Origin: Candidatus Poribacteria bacterium
GTDB taxonomy: Bacteria; Poribacteria; WGA-4E; JAJDTR01
DNA: 64,000 nt
Assembly: GCA_965222225.1 (NCBI GenBank)
Contig: CBDCTK010000002.1
Span: forward strand, 4,832,001-4,896,000
Direction: 5' to 3'
Shown one piece after another: positions 41,186-51,115 of this stretch. The notes under the pieces are model-generated. The model was not told the origin of the DNA. It ran no database searches and saw only the letters and a program-made list of their open reading frames with translations. Position numbers and translations under genes: made by a program. Numbering within the stretch: the stretch's first letter is position 1; each line of letters begins with the position of its first letter.

Positions 41186-41202
41186 TTGGCATCTCTCTTG
41201 CT
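41186..41202 (+). promoter_or_regulatory. sigma54 (-24/-12) promoter of the urea operon
   Basis: TTGGCATCTCTCTTGCT, i.e. GG-N10-GC in a TGGCA...TTGC context. Confidence 0.8.
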
Positions 41203-41369
41203 GATAGTCACTCTGTCTAGCGGACAGAGGAACGGTATATGTCCGTCCATCTGAAGAGATGAGGAAGTCTGTTTGTGAATTGAATGGTTGAAAGCGGACG
41301 TGGACAGGCTACTCTCCTGGAATTTCAACAGCATCTCATCAACATCATTTTGAAAAATGGAGGAAACTA

Positions 41370-42395
41370 ATGATTTTATCAAACTCAAGGTTAAAAGGCG
41401 CGCAATCGTGTTTCTGTGCTGTCGTTCTACTCGCTTTTGTCTGCGCGCTCAGTTCCGCGTCGGCAGAAATCAAACTGACTGATAGCCTATCTGTTTCAGG
41501 CTTTTTGGATATGTCATCCACTACGACTAGCGGCGGTGATGAGACAGAAATAGGTTTATCTTTCGATCAGTTCGAGCTAGATTTCAAGATTGAACAGGGT
41601 TCGGTCACCGGGTATGTTGACATCGACAGTACCGGTGCAGACGCAGGAATAAAGTTGGAACAGGGGTATGTGACCTATTCGCTGCCCGAATCGACCGTTT
41701 CCGGCGTGAGCATCAAAGCCGGACGATTCCTCAGCGCAATGGGGTTTGAAGCCGCAGAGCCGACTGGCCTGTTTCAATACTCCTTTTCCGAGGGAATACC
41801 GTATCCCGCTTACCAAAACGGTATCGGAATTGACGTGAATCCCGCTAAACAGGTGGGAGTTTACGTGGCGCTCCTGTCTGGGGTCTGGGATGTGAATGAT
41901 ACCGATGTGAAGAATCCGGGTATCGAAGCGCAAATCGCATTGACTCCCATGGAGCAACTCACCGCGAAGGTCGGCTACGCCATGGACAAACTGGAAGACT
42001 ACTCACAGAGCGAACTCAACGCTTGGGTGCAGTTCACCCGGGGACCACTAACCCTCGCCGGAGAAATCGACATGTTGAAGAATTGGCCCACTGAGGACGA
42101 GGAAGGCATGGAATTCGTGGGCGATGGCATGCACTTTCTGGGGATGGCTAATGTTTCGCTTGCAGATATGATATCAGCGCCGGTCGCTGTAACGCTGCGA
42201 TTCAGTGGCATCAGTATCAGTAAAGAGTCATCCAACAGCGCCGATGATGCAGTCTCTAAAGAGTCCACAGGCACGGAGTTCACTCTTAGCCCTTCTTATG
42301 CAGTAACAGACAACTGGTTACTTCTCGCAGAATTTAAGCAGCGGCTTGACGCCGAAGAAACAATTATTGCCGTCGAATCACTTTTTACATTTTAA
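41370..42395 (+). CDS. Outer-membrane beta-barrel porin heading the urea operon
   Basis: Signal peptide, SVSGFLD, DQFELDF, LEQGYVTY, AGRFLS.MGFE, C-terminal Phe. Confidence 0.8.
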   Translation: MILSNSRLKGAQSCFCAVVLLAFVCALSSASAEIKLTDSLSVSGFLDMSSTTTSGGDETEIGLSFDQFELDFKIEQGSVTGYVDIDSTGADAGIKLEQGYVTYSLPESTVSGVSIKAGRFLSAMGFEAAEPTGLFQYSFSEGIPYPAYQNGIGIDVNPAKQVGVYVALLSGVWDVNDTDVKNPGIEAQIALTPMEQLTAKVGYAMDKLEDYSQSELNAWVQFTRGPLTLAGEIDMLKNWPTEDEEGMEFVGDGMHFLGMANVSLADMISAPVAVTLRFSGISISKESSNSADDAVSKESTGTEFTLSPSYAVTDNWLLLAEFKQRLDAEETIIAVESLFTF

Positions 42396-42435
42396 CTCGG
42401 AACACGTAAACTCAAATTTCTAAGGAGGATTACAA

Positions 42436-43728
42436 ATGTTTCACACTGCACTGAAATTGCGCGGAATCATTGCAATTGGTATGCTACTCTTGACAGTTGG
42501 TATGTTCGGCGTCGGACATGTAGACGCCGCACATCACGAGGTAAAAATTGGTGTGCTCCACTCGCTGAGTGGCACAATGGCAATCTCCGAGACTTCCCTT
42601 AAGGACGTTGTTCTTATGGCTGTTGAAGAGATCAACGCTACTGGCGGTGTGATGGGTAAGCAGATTAAACCCGTGATCGTCGATCCGGCTAGCGATTGGG
42701 ATCTATTCGCCGAAAAAGCAAAAGATTTGATCGTTAAAGAAGAAGTAGCTACGGTTTTTGGCTGCTGGACCTCCGTGAGTCGGAAGTCTGTTCTCCCAGT
42801 TTTCGAAGAGCACAATGCGCTCCTATTCTATCCGGTGCAGTACGAAGGTGAAGAACAATCACTCAACGTTTTCTACACCGCTGCAACCCCCAACCAACAG
42901 TTGGTCCCCGCCGTCCAATATATGATGGATGAAATCGGCGCCAAGAAGTTTTATCTGCTTGGGACCGACTATGTCTTCCCACGCACGGCAAACAAGGTGC
43001 TGAAGGCTTTCCTCAAGACCGAGGGTGTTCCTGATGAAAACATTGTGGAAGAATACACTCCCTTCCACCACCAGGACTACCAGACAATCGTCGACAAGAT
43101 TAAGAAGTTCGCCGCCGGTGGCGACGCCTGTGTGTTGTCAACAATCAACGGTGACAGCAACGTGCCGTTCTACAAGGAGTTTTCCAACCAAGGTCTGACA
43201 TCTGATGACTGTCCGATTATGGCTTTCTCGGTCGCAGAGGATGAATTACGCGCGATGGATGTCCCGCCCCTCGTCGGACACCTTGCCACGTGGAACTATT
43301 TTCAGAGCATCAATTCTCCTGAAAACAAGAAATTCGTGAAGAACTTCAAGGCGTTTTGCGAGAAAGAAAACCTGCCTGGCGGTTCGAAACGCGTAACAGA
43401 CGACCCCATTGAAGCCGCTTACTTTGGTGTCTACGTTTGGAAGGCAGCGGTCGAGAAGGCAAAATCCTTTGAGGTCGACAAGGTGCGTGAAGCCGTCTAC
43501 GGCTTGGAGTTTGATACTCCCGGCGGTATGAAAAAGATGCACGCCAACAACCAGCACACGCTCAAACCGGTTTACGTTGGCGAAATCATGAAAAACGGCC
43601 AGTTCAAGATTATCTACAAATCCGACGGACTGGTTTCACCCGATTCCTACAGCGCCTATCTCCATCCGGACGGCAATTTCCCTGCCCCGACCGGCGGCCC
43701 CAAGGGAACAACAACCACTGGCATGTAA
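42436..43728 (+). CDS. urtA: Urea ABC transporter substrate-binding protein
   Basis: GVLHSLSGTMAISE, FGCWTSVSRKSVLP, YPVQYEG, DYVFPRTAN. Confidence 0.95.
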   Translation: MFHTALKLRGIIAIGMLLLTVGMFGVGHVDAAHHEVKIGVLHSLSGTMAISETSLKDVVLMAVEEINATGGVMGKQIKPVIVDPASDWDLFAEKAKDLIVKEEVATVFGCWTSVSRKSVLPVFEEHNALLFYPVQYEGEEQSLNVFYTAATPNQQLVPAVQYMMDEIGAKKFYLLGTDYVFPRTANKVLKAFLKTEGVPDENIVEEYTPFHHQDYQTIVDKIKKFAAGGDACVLSTINGDSNVPFYKEFSNQGLTSDDCPIMAFSVAEDELRAMDVPPLVGHLATWNYFQSINSPENKKFVKNFKAFCEKENLPGGSKRVTDDPIEAAYFGVYVWKAAVEKAKSFEVDKVREAVYGLEFDTPGGMKKMHANNQHTLKPVYVGEIMKNGQFKIIYKSDGLVSPDSYSAYLHPDGNFPAPTGGPKGTTTTGM

Positions 43729-43764
43729 TTCGGGTTGTTGGTTAACTGTTCACCTTTTTTCATA

Positions 43765-43819
43765 GAGTTTGCAAAGCGTAAAGTATTATCCGGATTTACG
43801 CTTTGCGACTCTTTTTTTT
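43765..43819 (+). terminator. Intrinsic terminator-like hairpin between urtA and urtB
   Basis: GCAAAGCGTAAA...TTTACGCTTTGC stem followed by an 8-T run. Confidence 0.75.
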
Positions 43820-43894
43820 GTGCTACTTAAACAACCTTTGCAGCAAGGCTCAACTCTCTCGACTCGCCTTCGACCAATATCCGGGACAAGTCAA

Positions 43895-45637
43895 ATGCCA
43901 AGAGTTACAATTCTCTATATCATCACGCTACTCATCACGCTACTCCTCACGTTACAATTCCCCAGCTTGGTGTTTCCCGGCTCTGCCAAATCTAACGACG
44001 ATTTCATTATCCGCGCCGAAGTCCAGAAACTTGCCGACGACAGTAGGTCAATTCGCAAGACAGCGGTTATGGCACTGGCAAAGAGCGGCGACATGCGCGT
44101 GGAGGCAATCTTGGAGTCGTTTAAATTGGGAGAACTCTATCTTTGGAACGATATAGTCATCTTGTGTAAAGAGACGTTTGAAGACGACAATTACAACGAA
44201 TTCTGTCGGCTTGCCGATGTATTGACCGGCGAACCGATGCTGGATGCAAGCGGGAAACAGTATGGAATCCCATTAGAAGAGGTGCAGGAAGTGGCGGCAT
44301 CACGAGCGGAACGTAAACTCGCAAACAACGCAAAGTTTTTCGTCAGGCTCTCGTCACCGGACAAAGAAATCCGCATGTCTGGCGCCAAAAAATGCGGCGA
44401 CCCGCCTGGCATAATCGAATCGGTCTCGCAGCTTGAGGTAATGTCAGAGAACGATCCGGTAAAAAAAATTCGGTATATTTCCAAAGAAAGCCTACTTCTC
44501 ATACGCTTGAATCAGACTTCCTTGGAAAGAGATTTGGCAGCACATCTTGCCATTGTCCGCGAGTTGGGAAAAATGAAGAGTATGCGCGGATTGCCGCGGT
44601 TGCAGGAAACGTTTGATGATTTAATGAAAGGACTTGAGCTTCCTGAAACCGCCAAGGAAGAGGCTAGGAAAACGTACAAATATTCAATCGACCAAATTAA
44701 CGGCTATCAAAGTTTTGTGGGGGGTGTCGGTAACATCTTTCGAGGGATTTCGCTTGGATCCGTTCTCATTCTCATGGCACTAGGTCTCGCCATTACATTC
44801 GGTCTGATGGGCGTCATCAATATGGCACACGGCGAGTTGATGATGATTGGGGCATACGCAACCTTCGAGATGCAGAGAGTGTTCGGTCATACCCCTGACA
44901 ATTTATCGGACTTGTATTATGTCGCGGCGCTGCCTGTCGCGTTTCTGTCGGCAGCACTCGTTGGCTACCTTATCGAAATTTTGGTTGTCCGTCACCTGTA
45001 TCAACGTCCACTGGAGTCACTGTTGGCGACGTGGGGGATTGGGCTGGTTCTTATTCAACTCGTGCGCATTCGATATGGCGACAACATCGGTGTCAACGCC
45101 CCAACATGGGCGCGAGGCGGGCTTGAAGTTGTGCAAGACCTCATCGTGCCTTACAGCCGTTGTTTTATCATCGTTCTGTGTGGCTTGTGTGTCCTACTCT
45201 TCTACTACCTGATGAACCACACCAAGCTAGGCTTGCGAATGCGAGCGACAATGCAGAATCGTAACATGGCAAACAGTGTAGGTGTAAATACATCGCGCGT
45301 GGACCGATACACCTTTGCCTTCGGCTCCGGAATCGCCGGGGTCGCTGGCTATGCGTGGACACTAATCGGCGGCGTCACTCCAGATATGGGACAGACCAAT
45401 TTCATCATTGATTCGTTTCTAGTTGTTGTTACTGGCGGCGTCGGCGAACTTATCGGTGTCGTCTGCTCCGGATTGGGGATTGGCGTACTGACCAAGGTTA
45501 TTGAACCAACGACAATCGGGCCTTTCGTGGTAGGGGCAATCTGGGCGAAAATTATGCTGCTAATTATCATTGTCGGGTTTATCCAGTTCAAGCCGGCGGG
45601 GCTGTTCGCACCGAAAGGTAGACTCAGCGATGTTTAG
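43895..45637 (+). CDS. urtB: Urea ABC transporter permease with N-terminal periplasmic HEAT-like extension
   Basis: GLAITFGLMGVINMAHGE, RPLESLLATWG, IIDSFLVVV.GGVG. Confidence 0.92.
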   Translation: MPRVTILYIITLLITLLLTLQFPSLVFPGSAKSNDDFIIRAEVQKLADDSRSIRKTAVMALAKSGDMRVEAILESFKLGELYLWNDIVILCKETFEDDNYNEFCRLADVLTGEPMLDASGKQYGIPLEEVQEVAASRAERKLANNAKFFVRLSSPDKEIRMSGAKKCGDPPGIIESVSQLEVMSENDPVKKIRYISKESLLLIRLNQTSLERDLAAHLAIVRELGKMKSMRGLPRLQETFDDLMKGLELPETAKEEARKTYKYSIDQINGYQSFVGGVGNIFRGISLGSVLILMALGLAITFGLMGVINMAHGELMMIGAYATFEMQRVFGHTPDNLSDLYYVAALPVAFLSAALVGYLIEILVVRHLYQRPLESLLATWGIGLVLIQLVRIRYGDNIGVNAPTWARGGLEVVQDLIVPYSRCFIIVLCGLCVLLFYYLMNHTKLGLRMRATMQNRNMANSVGVNTSRVDRYTFAFGSGIAGVAGYAWTLIGGVTPDMGQTNFIIDSFLVVVTGGVGELIGVVCSGLGIGVLTKVIEPTTIGPFVVGAIWAKIMLLIIIVGFIQFKPAGLFAPKGRLSDV

Positions 45638-46817
45638 AAATGGCGCAGTCAAGCAATTGAGCGATTTTCTACAGGATGCGCGGATAGTAAAACAGTCATC
45701 CGCGCACAATCGCGGTATATCATTCCTCGTACCGTGGGTGCTGGTTTTTTTCGGATTAATCGTAATCCCGCTGCTTTACTATACCGGACTGATAACCATT
45801 GGTACGGTGAATATGCTCGGCCGATACATGGCGTTTGCAATTGTCGCTGTTGGGCTAGATTTGATTTGGGGCTACACAGGCATCCTGAGCCTCTGCCAAG
45901 CCTTTTTCTTTGCGCTGGGCGGTTATGCGATGGGGATGTATTTGGCGCACCACGGTGGTCCAGAGGGAATCATTGATGCCAACGGCTGGAAGATTCCAGC
46001 GTGCCTATATGTAGTTTATCCGTACAAGGTCGGCGAAGCCCCGGCAGACGCCCTCGTTCCATGGTTTTGGAAGCCGTTTTATACGCTCCCGCTCACGACG
46101 ATCTTGGGGCTGCTCATTCCGGGTTTAGCCGCACTGGCGATTGGCTATATCGGTTTTCGGAGCCGAGTTCGTGGTGTATACTTCGCCATACTGACTCAGG
46201 CGATTACTGTGGCGGGTTGGTTGGTGTTCTGCATGAACAACATGAAACTGTGCGGCACAAACGGATTGACACGGTTTGACCGAATTGCGGGATTCAAGCT
46301 GACAAATCCCAATGCCAAAGTGAGCCTTTATATTATCACACTATTGGCGCTCGCGGGTGTCTACCTCCTTTGCCAACATGTCGTGAAATCTCGCCTAGGA
46401 CGCATCCTCATCGCAATACGAGACGACGAGCCGACCTTGCGCTTTTCCGGTTATAAACCCTATATCTACAAGCTCTTTGCTTTCTGCCTAGCCGGAATGA
46501 TTGCCGGGTTGGGAGGTATGCTTTACGCGCCGCAGATGGGCATCTTCACGCCTACGAATATGGAGGCGAGCGCGTCAATTTTGGTCGTCGTCTGGGTGGC
46601 GGTTGGCGGGCGTGGGGTGCTTTCCGGTGCAATTCTCGGCGCATTGGCGGTGAATCTCCTCTATAACTTTTTTACTTCGGAGAGAAGTCTGTGGCTGCTC
46701 ACATGGAAAGCGGAGTATTGGCAATTTGTTTTGGGCGGGTTATTCATCGGCGTTGTTCTACTCTTCCCCGGTGGGTTAATTGACTTATGGCGTCGTCTGG
46801 TGGATACTCCAAAGTAG
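45630..46817 (+). CDS. urtC: Urea ABC transporter permease
   Basis: GLDLIWGYTGILSL, FRSRVRGVYFAILTQA, WVAVGGRG. Confidence 0.92.
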   Translation: MFRNGAVKQLSDFLQDARIVKQSSAHNRGISFLVPWVLVFFGLIVIPLLYYTGLITIGTVNMLGRYMAFAIVAVGLDLIWGYTGILSLCQAFFFALGGYAMGMYLAHHGGPEGIIDANGWKIPACLYVVYPYKVGEAPADALVPWFWKPFYTLPLTTILGLLIPGLAALAIGYIGFRSRVRGVYFAILTQAITVAGWLVFCMNNMKLCGTNGLTRFDRIAGFKLTNPNAKVSLYIITLLALAGVYLLCQHVVKSRLGRILIAIRDDEPTLRFSGYKPYIYKLFAFCLAGMIAGLGGMLYAPQMGIFTPTNMEASASILVVVWVAVGGRGVLSGAILGALAVNLLYNFFTSERSLWLLTWKAEYWQFVLGGLFIGVVLLFPGGLIDLWRRLVDTPK

Positions 46818-46841
46818 CAAGATAATGACCTATGCCCACGA

Positions 46842-47663
46842 ATGGAGCATATCGATTATAGTATGGATCAAGCTCATCGAATCGTCGAATACAAAGAATA
46901 CAGTCCTCGCGAAAACCGACTGTCCGAAGAAAAATATCTACTTTTTTTGGAAGATATAACTGCCGTTTTTGACGGTTTCAAAGCCTTAGATATTGAAGCA
47001 TTGGGCATTGAACACAATGAACTCCGTGTCATCATTGGCCCCAACGGTGCAGGCAAAACAACGCTCTGCGATGTTGTAAGCGGTAAAACACGCCCAACGA
47101 CCGGATACGTATTCTTCGATGGTGCCGATATTACCCAGCAGACGGAGGAAGAGATTGCATTGCGGGGCATCGGCAGAAAATTTCAAACCCCGACAGTCTT
47201 TGACAGCCTAACAACTTACGAAAATATGGAACTCGCTCTTCCCGGTCATTACCGTTTATGGTCAAACCTGTTTGGGTCAACTACGAAAGACCAGGAGGAG
47301 CGCATCCTGGAAATCTTGGAGCGTGTAGGACTTATCGATGAGTTGCATCGCGAAGCTAAGTACCTGAGTCATGGCCAACGTCAGTGGCTGGCGATTAGCA
47401 CTTTGATTCTATCGAATCCAAAACTGCTGCTCGTTGACGAACCTGCTGCCGGATTAACGGACGCGGAAACGGCATTGACGGCTGAACTCCTTCTTGAGTT
47501 AAAGGATGACCATACATTGATTGTTATCGAACACGATATGGATTTCGTGCGTCAACTGGATTCATACGTCACGGTGCTGAACGAGGGCGTTATCATGGCG
47601 GAAGGAATGATGCGTGAGGTACAGCAGAACGAAGAGGTCATTGAAGCGTATCTCGGCAGATGA
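46842..47663 (+). CDS. urtD: Urea ABC transporter ATP-binding protein
   Basis: GPNGAGKT, GIGRKFQTP, LSHGQRQWL, EHDMDFV. Confidence 0.93.
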   Translation: MEHIDYSMDQAHRIVEYKEYSPRENRLSEEKYLLFLEDITAVFDGFKALDIEALGIEHNELRVIIGPNGAGKTTLCDVVSGKTRPTTGYVFFDGADITQQTEEEIALRGIGRKFQTPTVFDSLTTYENMELALPGHYRLWSNLFGSTTKDQEERILEILERVGLIDELHREAKYLSHGQRQWLAISTLILSNPKLLLVDEPAAGLTDAETALTAELLLELKDDHTLIVIEHDMDFVRQLDSYVTVLNEGVIMAEGMMREVQQNEEVIEAYLGR

Positions 47664-47705
47664 ATCATCTATATTCTTTAGAAGTACCGATGCCTATCTT
47701 AACCG

Positions 47706-47734
47706 TTGATCGGTTCGTAAAATCCTGCTATAAT
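47706..47734 (+). promoter_or_regulatory. Internal sigma70 promoter
   Basis: TTGATC-N17-TATAAT with an extended -10 TG. Confidence 0.65.
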
Positions 47735-48129
47735 ACGGATGAGAGGTGATACCCACTTATGTAAGGGAGTTCCGACAGAAATTTGAGGCGTCCATTGAAA
47801 AAAAAACCTCGACAAATTACACCCATGAAGAACCTATGACCACGAATTATGCGAGAGTTCACCCGCTCAATCAACTTCAAGATATGAGATGCCTCCTTGT
47901 CGACACGCCTAGCCCAAGACTCATGGGCATCTTCGCCAGCCAATAATTGATCCTCAGTGCTCCATTCAACTATATCCATGATAAATGTTGTTTGGTTGAG
48001 TATGTGCCAAGCTACCGCTCGTTCGGTAACCTAGGGAATTGGGATGGCCCAGACTAATTCAACAGAGGCGTTTGGACGGCGATGATTTCAGCCCAAGCCC
48101 CAATTTTATAAAGCCTGTTTGGAGCAGAA

Positions 48130-49869
48130 ATGCTTACAAAACTGATTTGCCGTAATTTCAAATGCTTTGGGGAGGTCCGAATCGAATTGGGCAACCCGGT
48201 TGTCTTTATTGGCCCCAACAACTCCGGCAAAACAACGGCTCTACAAGCACTCGCGCTTTGGGATGTAGGTCTCAAGCGTTGGAACGAACACCGCAAAGGG
48301 AAACCGAGACCCGAAAGACGTCCGGGGGTTGCTATCAACCGACGCGATTTAATTTCCGTCCCTATACCGAGTGCTAGGCTGCTCTGGCAGAATTTGCGAG
48401 TTCGCGACGTCCAGCGGGTGAATAACCAGCAGCGCACCCAGAACATACGGATGGACATTATCGTTGAAGGCATTACCTTCGGCAGAAAATGGGTGTGTGG
48501 CTTGGAATTCGATTACGCCAACGAGGAGTCCTTTTACTGCCGCCCCCTTCGTTTGACTGAGGGGGACGGGGAGCCGTTACAACGAATGTCTATTCCTGAA
48601 GAGACGGCGAACCTTGATGTCGCCTTTCTTCGGCCTATGTCGGGGCTGGCGTCGAATGAAACACGACTCGATCCCGGGGCAATCAACGTTCGGGTTGGAG
48701 AGGGACGCACCGCGGAAGTACTTCGCAATCTATGTTTTCAGGTTTTGCATGAACGGCGAGACGAAGAAACTTGGGAAACGATTTGCCAACAGATTCGAGA
48801 ATTGTTCGGTGTTCGGCTTGATGAACCGGTCTACATTCAGGAACGCGGCGAGATTGAGATGACTTACCGAGACAGTTCAGGAGTCTCTCTTGCACTGTCG
48901 TCAGCCGGACTTGGGCTTCAACAAACGCTACTCCTGCTCGCCTATATTTCGGCGCGTCCGGGATCCGTCCTTCTACTTGACGAACCGGATGCACACCTTG
49001 AAATTCTTCGGCAAAGGCAAATTTACCAAATTCTTAGCGAGTTGGGGAGGAATCAGGACAGCCAAATCATAGCCGCCAGTCATTCCGAAGTCATTCTCAA
49101 CGAGGCAGCCGACCGTGATGTCGTCATCGCCTTTCTAGGAAAGCCGCATCGCATTGACGACCGGGGCGGTAGCCAGCTCCTGAAATCACTTAGGAAAATC
49201 GGTTTTGAGCAGTATTATCAAGCAGAGCAGAAGGGCTGGATTCTCTACCTTGAAGGCCCAACAAACCTCGCCATTCTACAGGCGTTTGCCGAAAAATTAG
49301 AGCACCCCGCAAAAGAGATATTGGATCGCCCGTTTGTATACTACGTTGGTAATGAACCGGGAACAGCGCGCCAACATTTCTATGGAATACGAGAGGCGAA
49401 AGCGGATTGTGTCGGATTCTGCCTTTTCGATCAGATGGACAACCAACTTCAAAACGCACCGGAATTACGAGAATACACGTGGAAGCGACGTGAGATAGAG
49501 AATTACCTTTGCCGAAAAGAGGTGTTAATCGCATGGGCGAAAGACATGGGAGAGGAAACTGAGGGCCCGCTATTTTCTCGACAATGGGTACATACAATGG
49601 AGGAAGCCATCTCAGAGACCGAGAAATGTCTTGAAACGCTCGGCAAGGGCTCGCCATGGTCGCCAGAAACTAAAGTTGGCGACGATTTTCTGAATCCTTT
49701 ATTTGATACCTTTTTCAAGAAACTAAAACTGGAAAATCTCATGCAACGGACAAACTACCACACCCTCGTTCAATATGTACCCTCGGACGGGATTGACCCT
49801 GAGGTATCGGATGTGCTTGATGGGATTTTGGAGATAGCCAACCAAGCGGCACCGATGACCGATGTGTGA
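48130..49869 (+). CDS. ABC-type ATPase fused to a TOPRIM-like domain (OLD-like ATP-dependent nuclease family)
   Basis: NFKCF, GPNNSGKT, SSAGLGLQQ, LLLDEPDAHL, SHS; C-terminal YLEGPTN, FDQMD, RREIENYL. Confidence 0.8.
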   Translation: MLTKLICRNFKCFGEVRIELGNPVVFIGPNNSGKTTALQALALWDVGLKRWNEHRKGKPRPERRPGVAINRRDLISVPIPSARLLWQNLRVRDVQRVNNQQRTQNIRMDIIVEGITFGRKWVCGLEFDYANEESFYCRPLRLTEGDGEPLQRMSIPEETANLDVAFLRPMSGLASNETRLDPGAINVRVGEGRTAEVLRNLCFQVLHERRDEETWETICQQIRELFGVRLDEPVYIQERGEIEMTYRDSSGVSLALSSAGLGLQQTLLLLAYISARPGSVLLLDEPDAHLEILRQRQIYQILSELGRNQDSQIIAASHSEVILNEAADRDVVIAFLGKPHRIDDRGGSQLLKSLRKIGFEQYYQAEQKGWILYLEGPTNLAILQAFAEKLEHPAKEILDRPFVYYVGNEPGTARQHFYGIREAKADCVGFCLFDQMDNQLQNAPELREYTWKRREIENYLCRKEVLIAWAKDMGEETEGPLFSRQWVHTMEEAISETEKCLETLGKGSPWSPETKVGDDFLNPLFDTFFKKLKLENLMQRTNYHTLVQYVPSDGIDPEVSDVLDGILEIANQAAPMTDV

Positions 49870-49962
49870 AGGTCAATAGAACAAGGAGACGAGACGACGG
49901 GAAAGGCTGAAAGCGTGAAGACGTGAAAACGGGAAGACGAGAAAAGAAGCAGCGAGATTGCA

Positions 49963-50351
49963 ATGACCCAAAGAATTCAATTTCACTGGCAACTTGATGT
50001 CTATCAACTTTCCGTCGAAGCTGCGATGGAGATTTACGAAATATCTACGAAGTTCCCGAAAGAGGAAATCTACAGCTTAACAAATCAGATCCGTTGTGCC
50101 TCGCGTTCGATTTCTGGACAAATCGCTGAGGGCTGGAGACGCAGGAAATACAAGCGATGTTCGTCAATAAAATGAATGAGGCAGAGGGCGAAGCGGCTGA
50201 AACGCAGGTCTGGCTTGAGTATGCAGTGAAGTGCAAATACATGAGCCGAGACGACGCTACTCGTCTGCATAAGAAATATGATGAAATCCTTGGGAAACTG
50301 ATAAACATGGGAAACAACCCCGACAAGTGGGTACTCAAAATAAGAGAATAA
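49963..50351 (+). pseudogene. Four-helix-bundle protein (23S IVS-encoded-like family), frameshift near 50152
   Basis: LDVYQ...FPKEEIYSLTNQIRCASRSI...IAEGWRRRKY, then in another frame AMFVNKMNEAEGEAAETQVWLEYA; one base is missing. Confidence 0.85.
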
Positions 50352-50418
50352 CGCGTGCCACATCTTCTCGTTTTCCCGATGTCTCGTTTTCCCGTTTTCG
50401 TTCTTTTAAGGTAGGCCG

Positions 50419-51114
50419 ATGCTAAACGTCCAAAATCTTTCATTCTCGTACGGAGAAGTCCAAGTATTGCGCGGGATTGACCTGCACGTGCCCGCAGAGA
50501 CAATCGTCTCTGTGATGGGCAGGAACGGCGTGGGCAAAACAACACTGATGAACAATATCGTCGGACTGCTCAAACCGTCGACCGGCTCAATTCAGATTGA
50601 AGACCGTGAGCTTGCAGGCGTTTCGACACACCGCCGAATTCGCGCCGGGTTGGCATACGTGCCGCAAGGGCGCATGATTTTTCCCAAGCTTACCGTCGAG
50701 GAAAACCTGAAGGTAGGGCTTTCTGCGAGGGAAGACAAAAAGACACAAATCCCTGATGAGATATACGAGCTCTTCCCGGTTCTAAAAGAGATGGGAAAAC
50801 GCATGGGCGGTGACCTCTCCGGAGGTCAACAACAGCAACTTGCTATCGGACGCGCCCTTGTTACTGATCCGAAGGTGCTTATTCTCGACGAACCGACCGA
50901 AGGCATACAGCCGAACATCATCCAACAAATTGGAACGGTACTTCGAAGACTGGTGGAAACCCAACGGATGACGATTCTCATCGTAGAACAGTATCTCGAT
51001 TTTGTACGGGAAATTTGCCAACAGTTTTACATTATGAATCGAGGCGAGATCGTCGCACACGGCGAAACGGAGGCGCTTAGCCAGGGTATGATTCAGGAGT
51101 ACCTCAGCGTTTAA
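50419..51114 (+). CDS. urtE: Urea ABC transporter ATP-binding protein
   Basis: GRNGVGKT, YVPQGR.IFP, GGDLSGGQQQQLAI, DEPTEGIQP, VEQYLDF. Confidence 0.93.
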   Translation: MLNVQNLSFSYGEVQVLRGIDLHVPAETIVSVMGRNGVGKTTLMNNIVGLLKPSTGSIQIEDRELAGVSTHRRIRAGLAYVPQGRMIFPKLTVEENLKVGLSAREDKKTQIPDEIYELFPVLKEMGKRMGGDLSGGQQQQLAIGRALVTDPKVLILDEPTEGIQPNIIQQIGTVLRRLVETQRMTILIVEQYLDFVREICQQFYIMNRGEIVAHGETEALSQGMIQEYLSV

Positions 51115-51115
51115 G

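Noticed and set aside
41200-41370. Known guanidine (ykkC, mini-ykkC) or glnA riboswitch
   Set aside because: Their consensus motifs are not visible; kept only as an unclassified structured leader.
49963-50351. Diversity-generating retroelement (Avd-like fold)
   Set aside because: No reverse transcriptase or TR/VR pair in the window.
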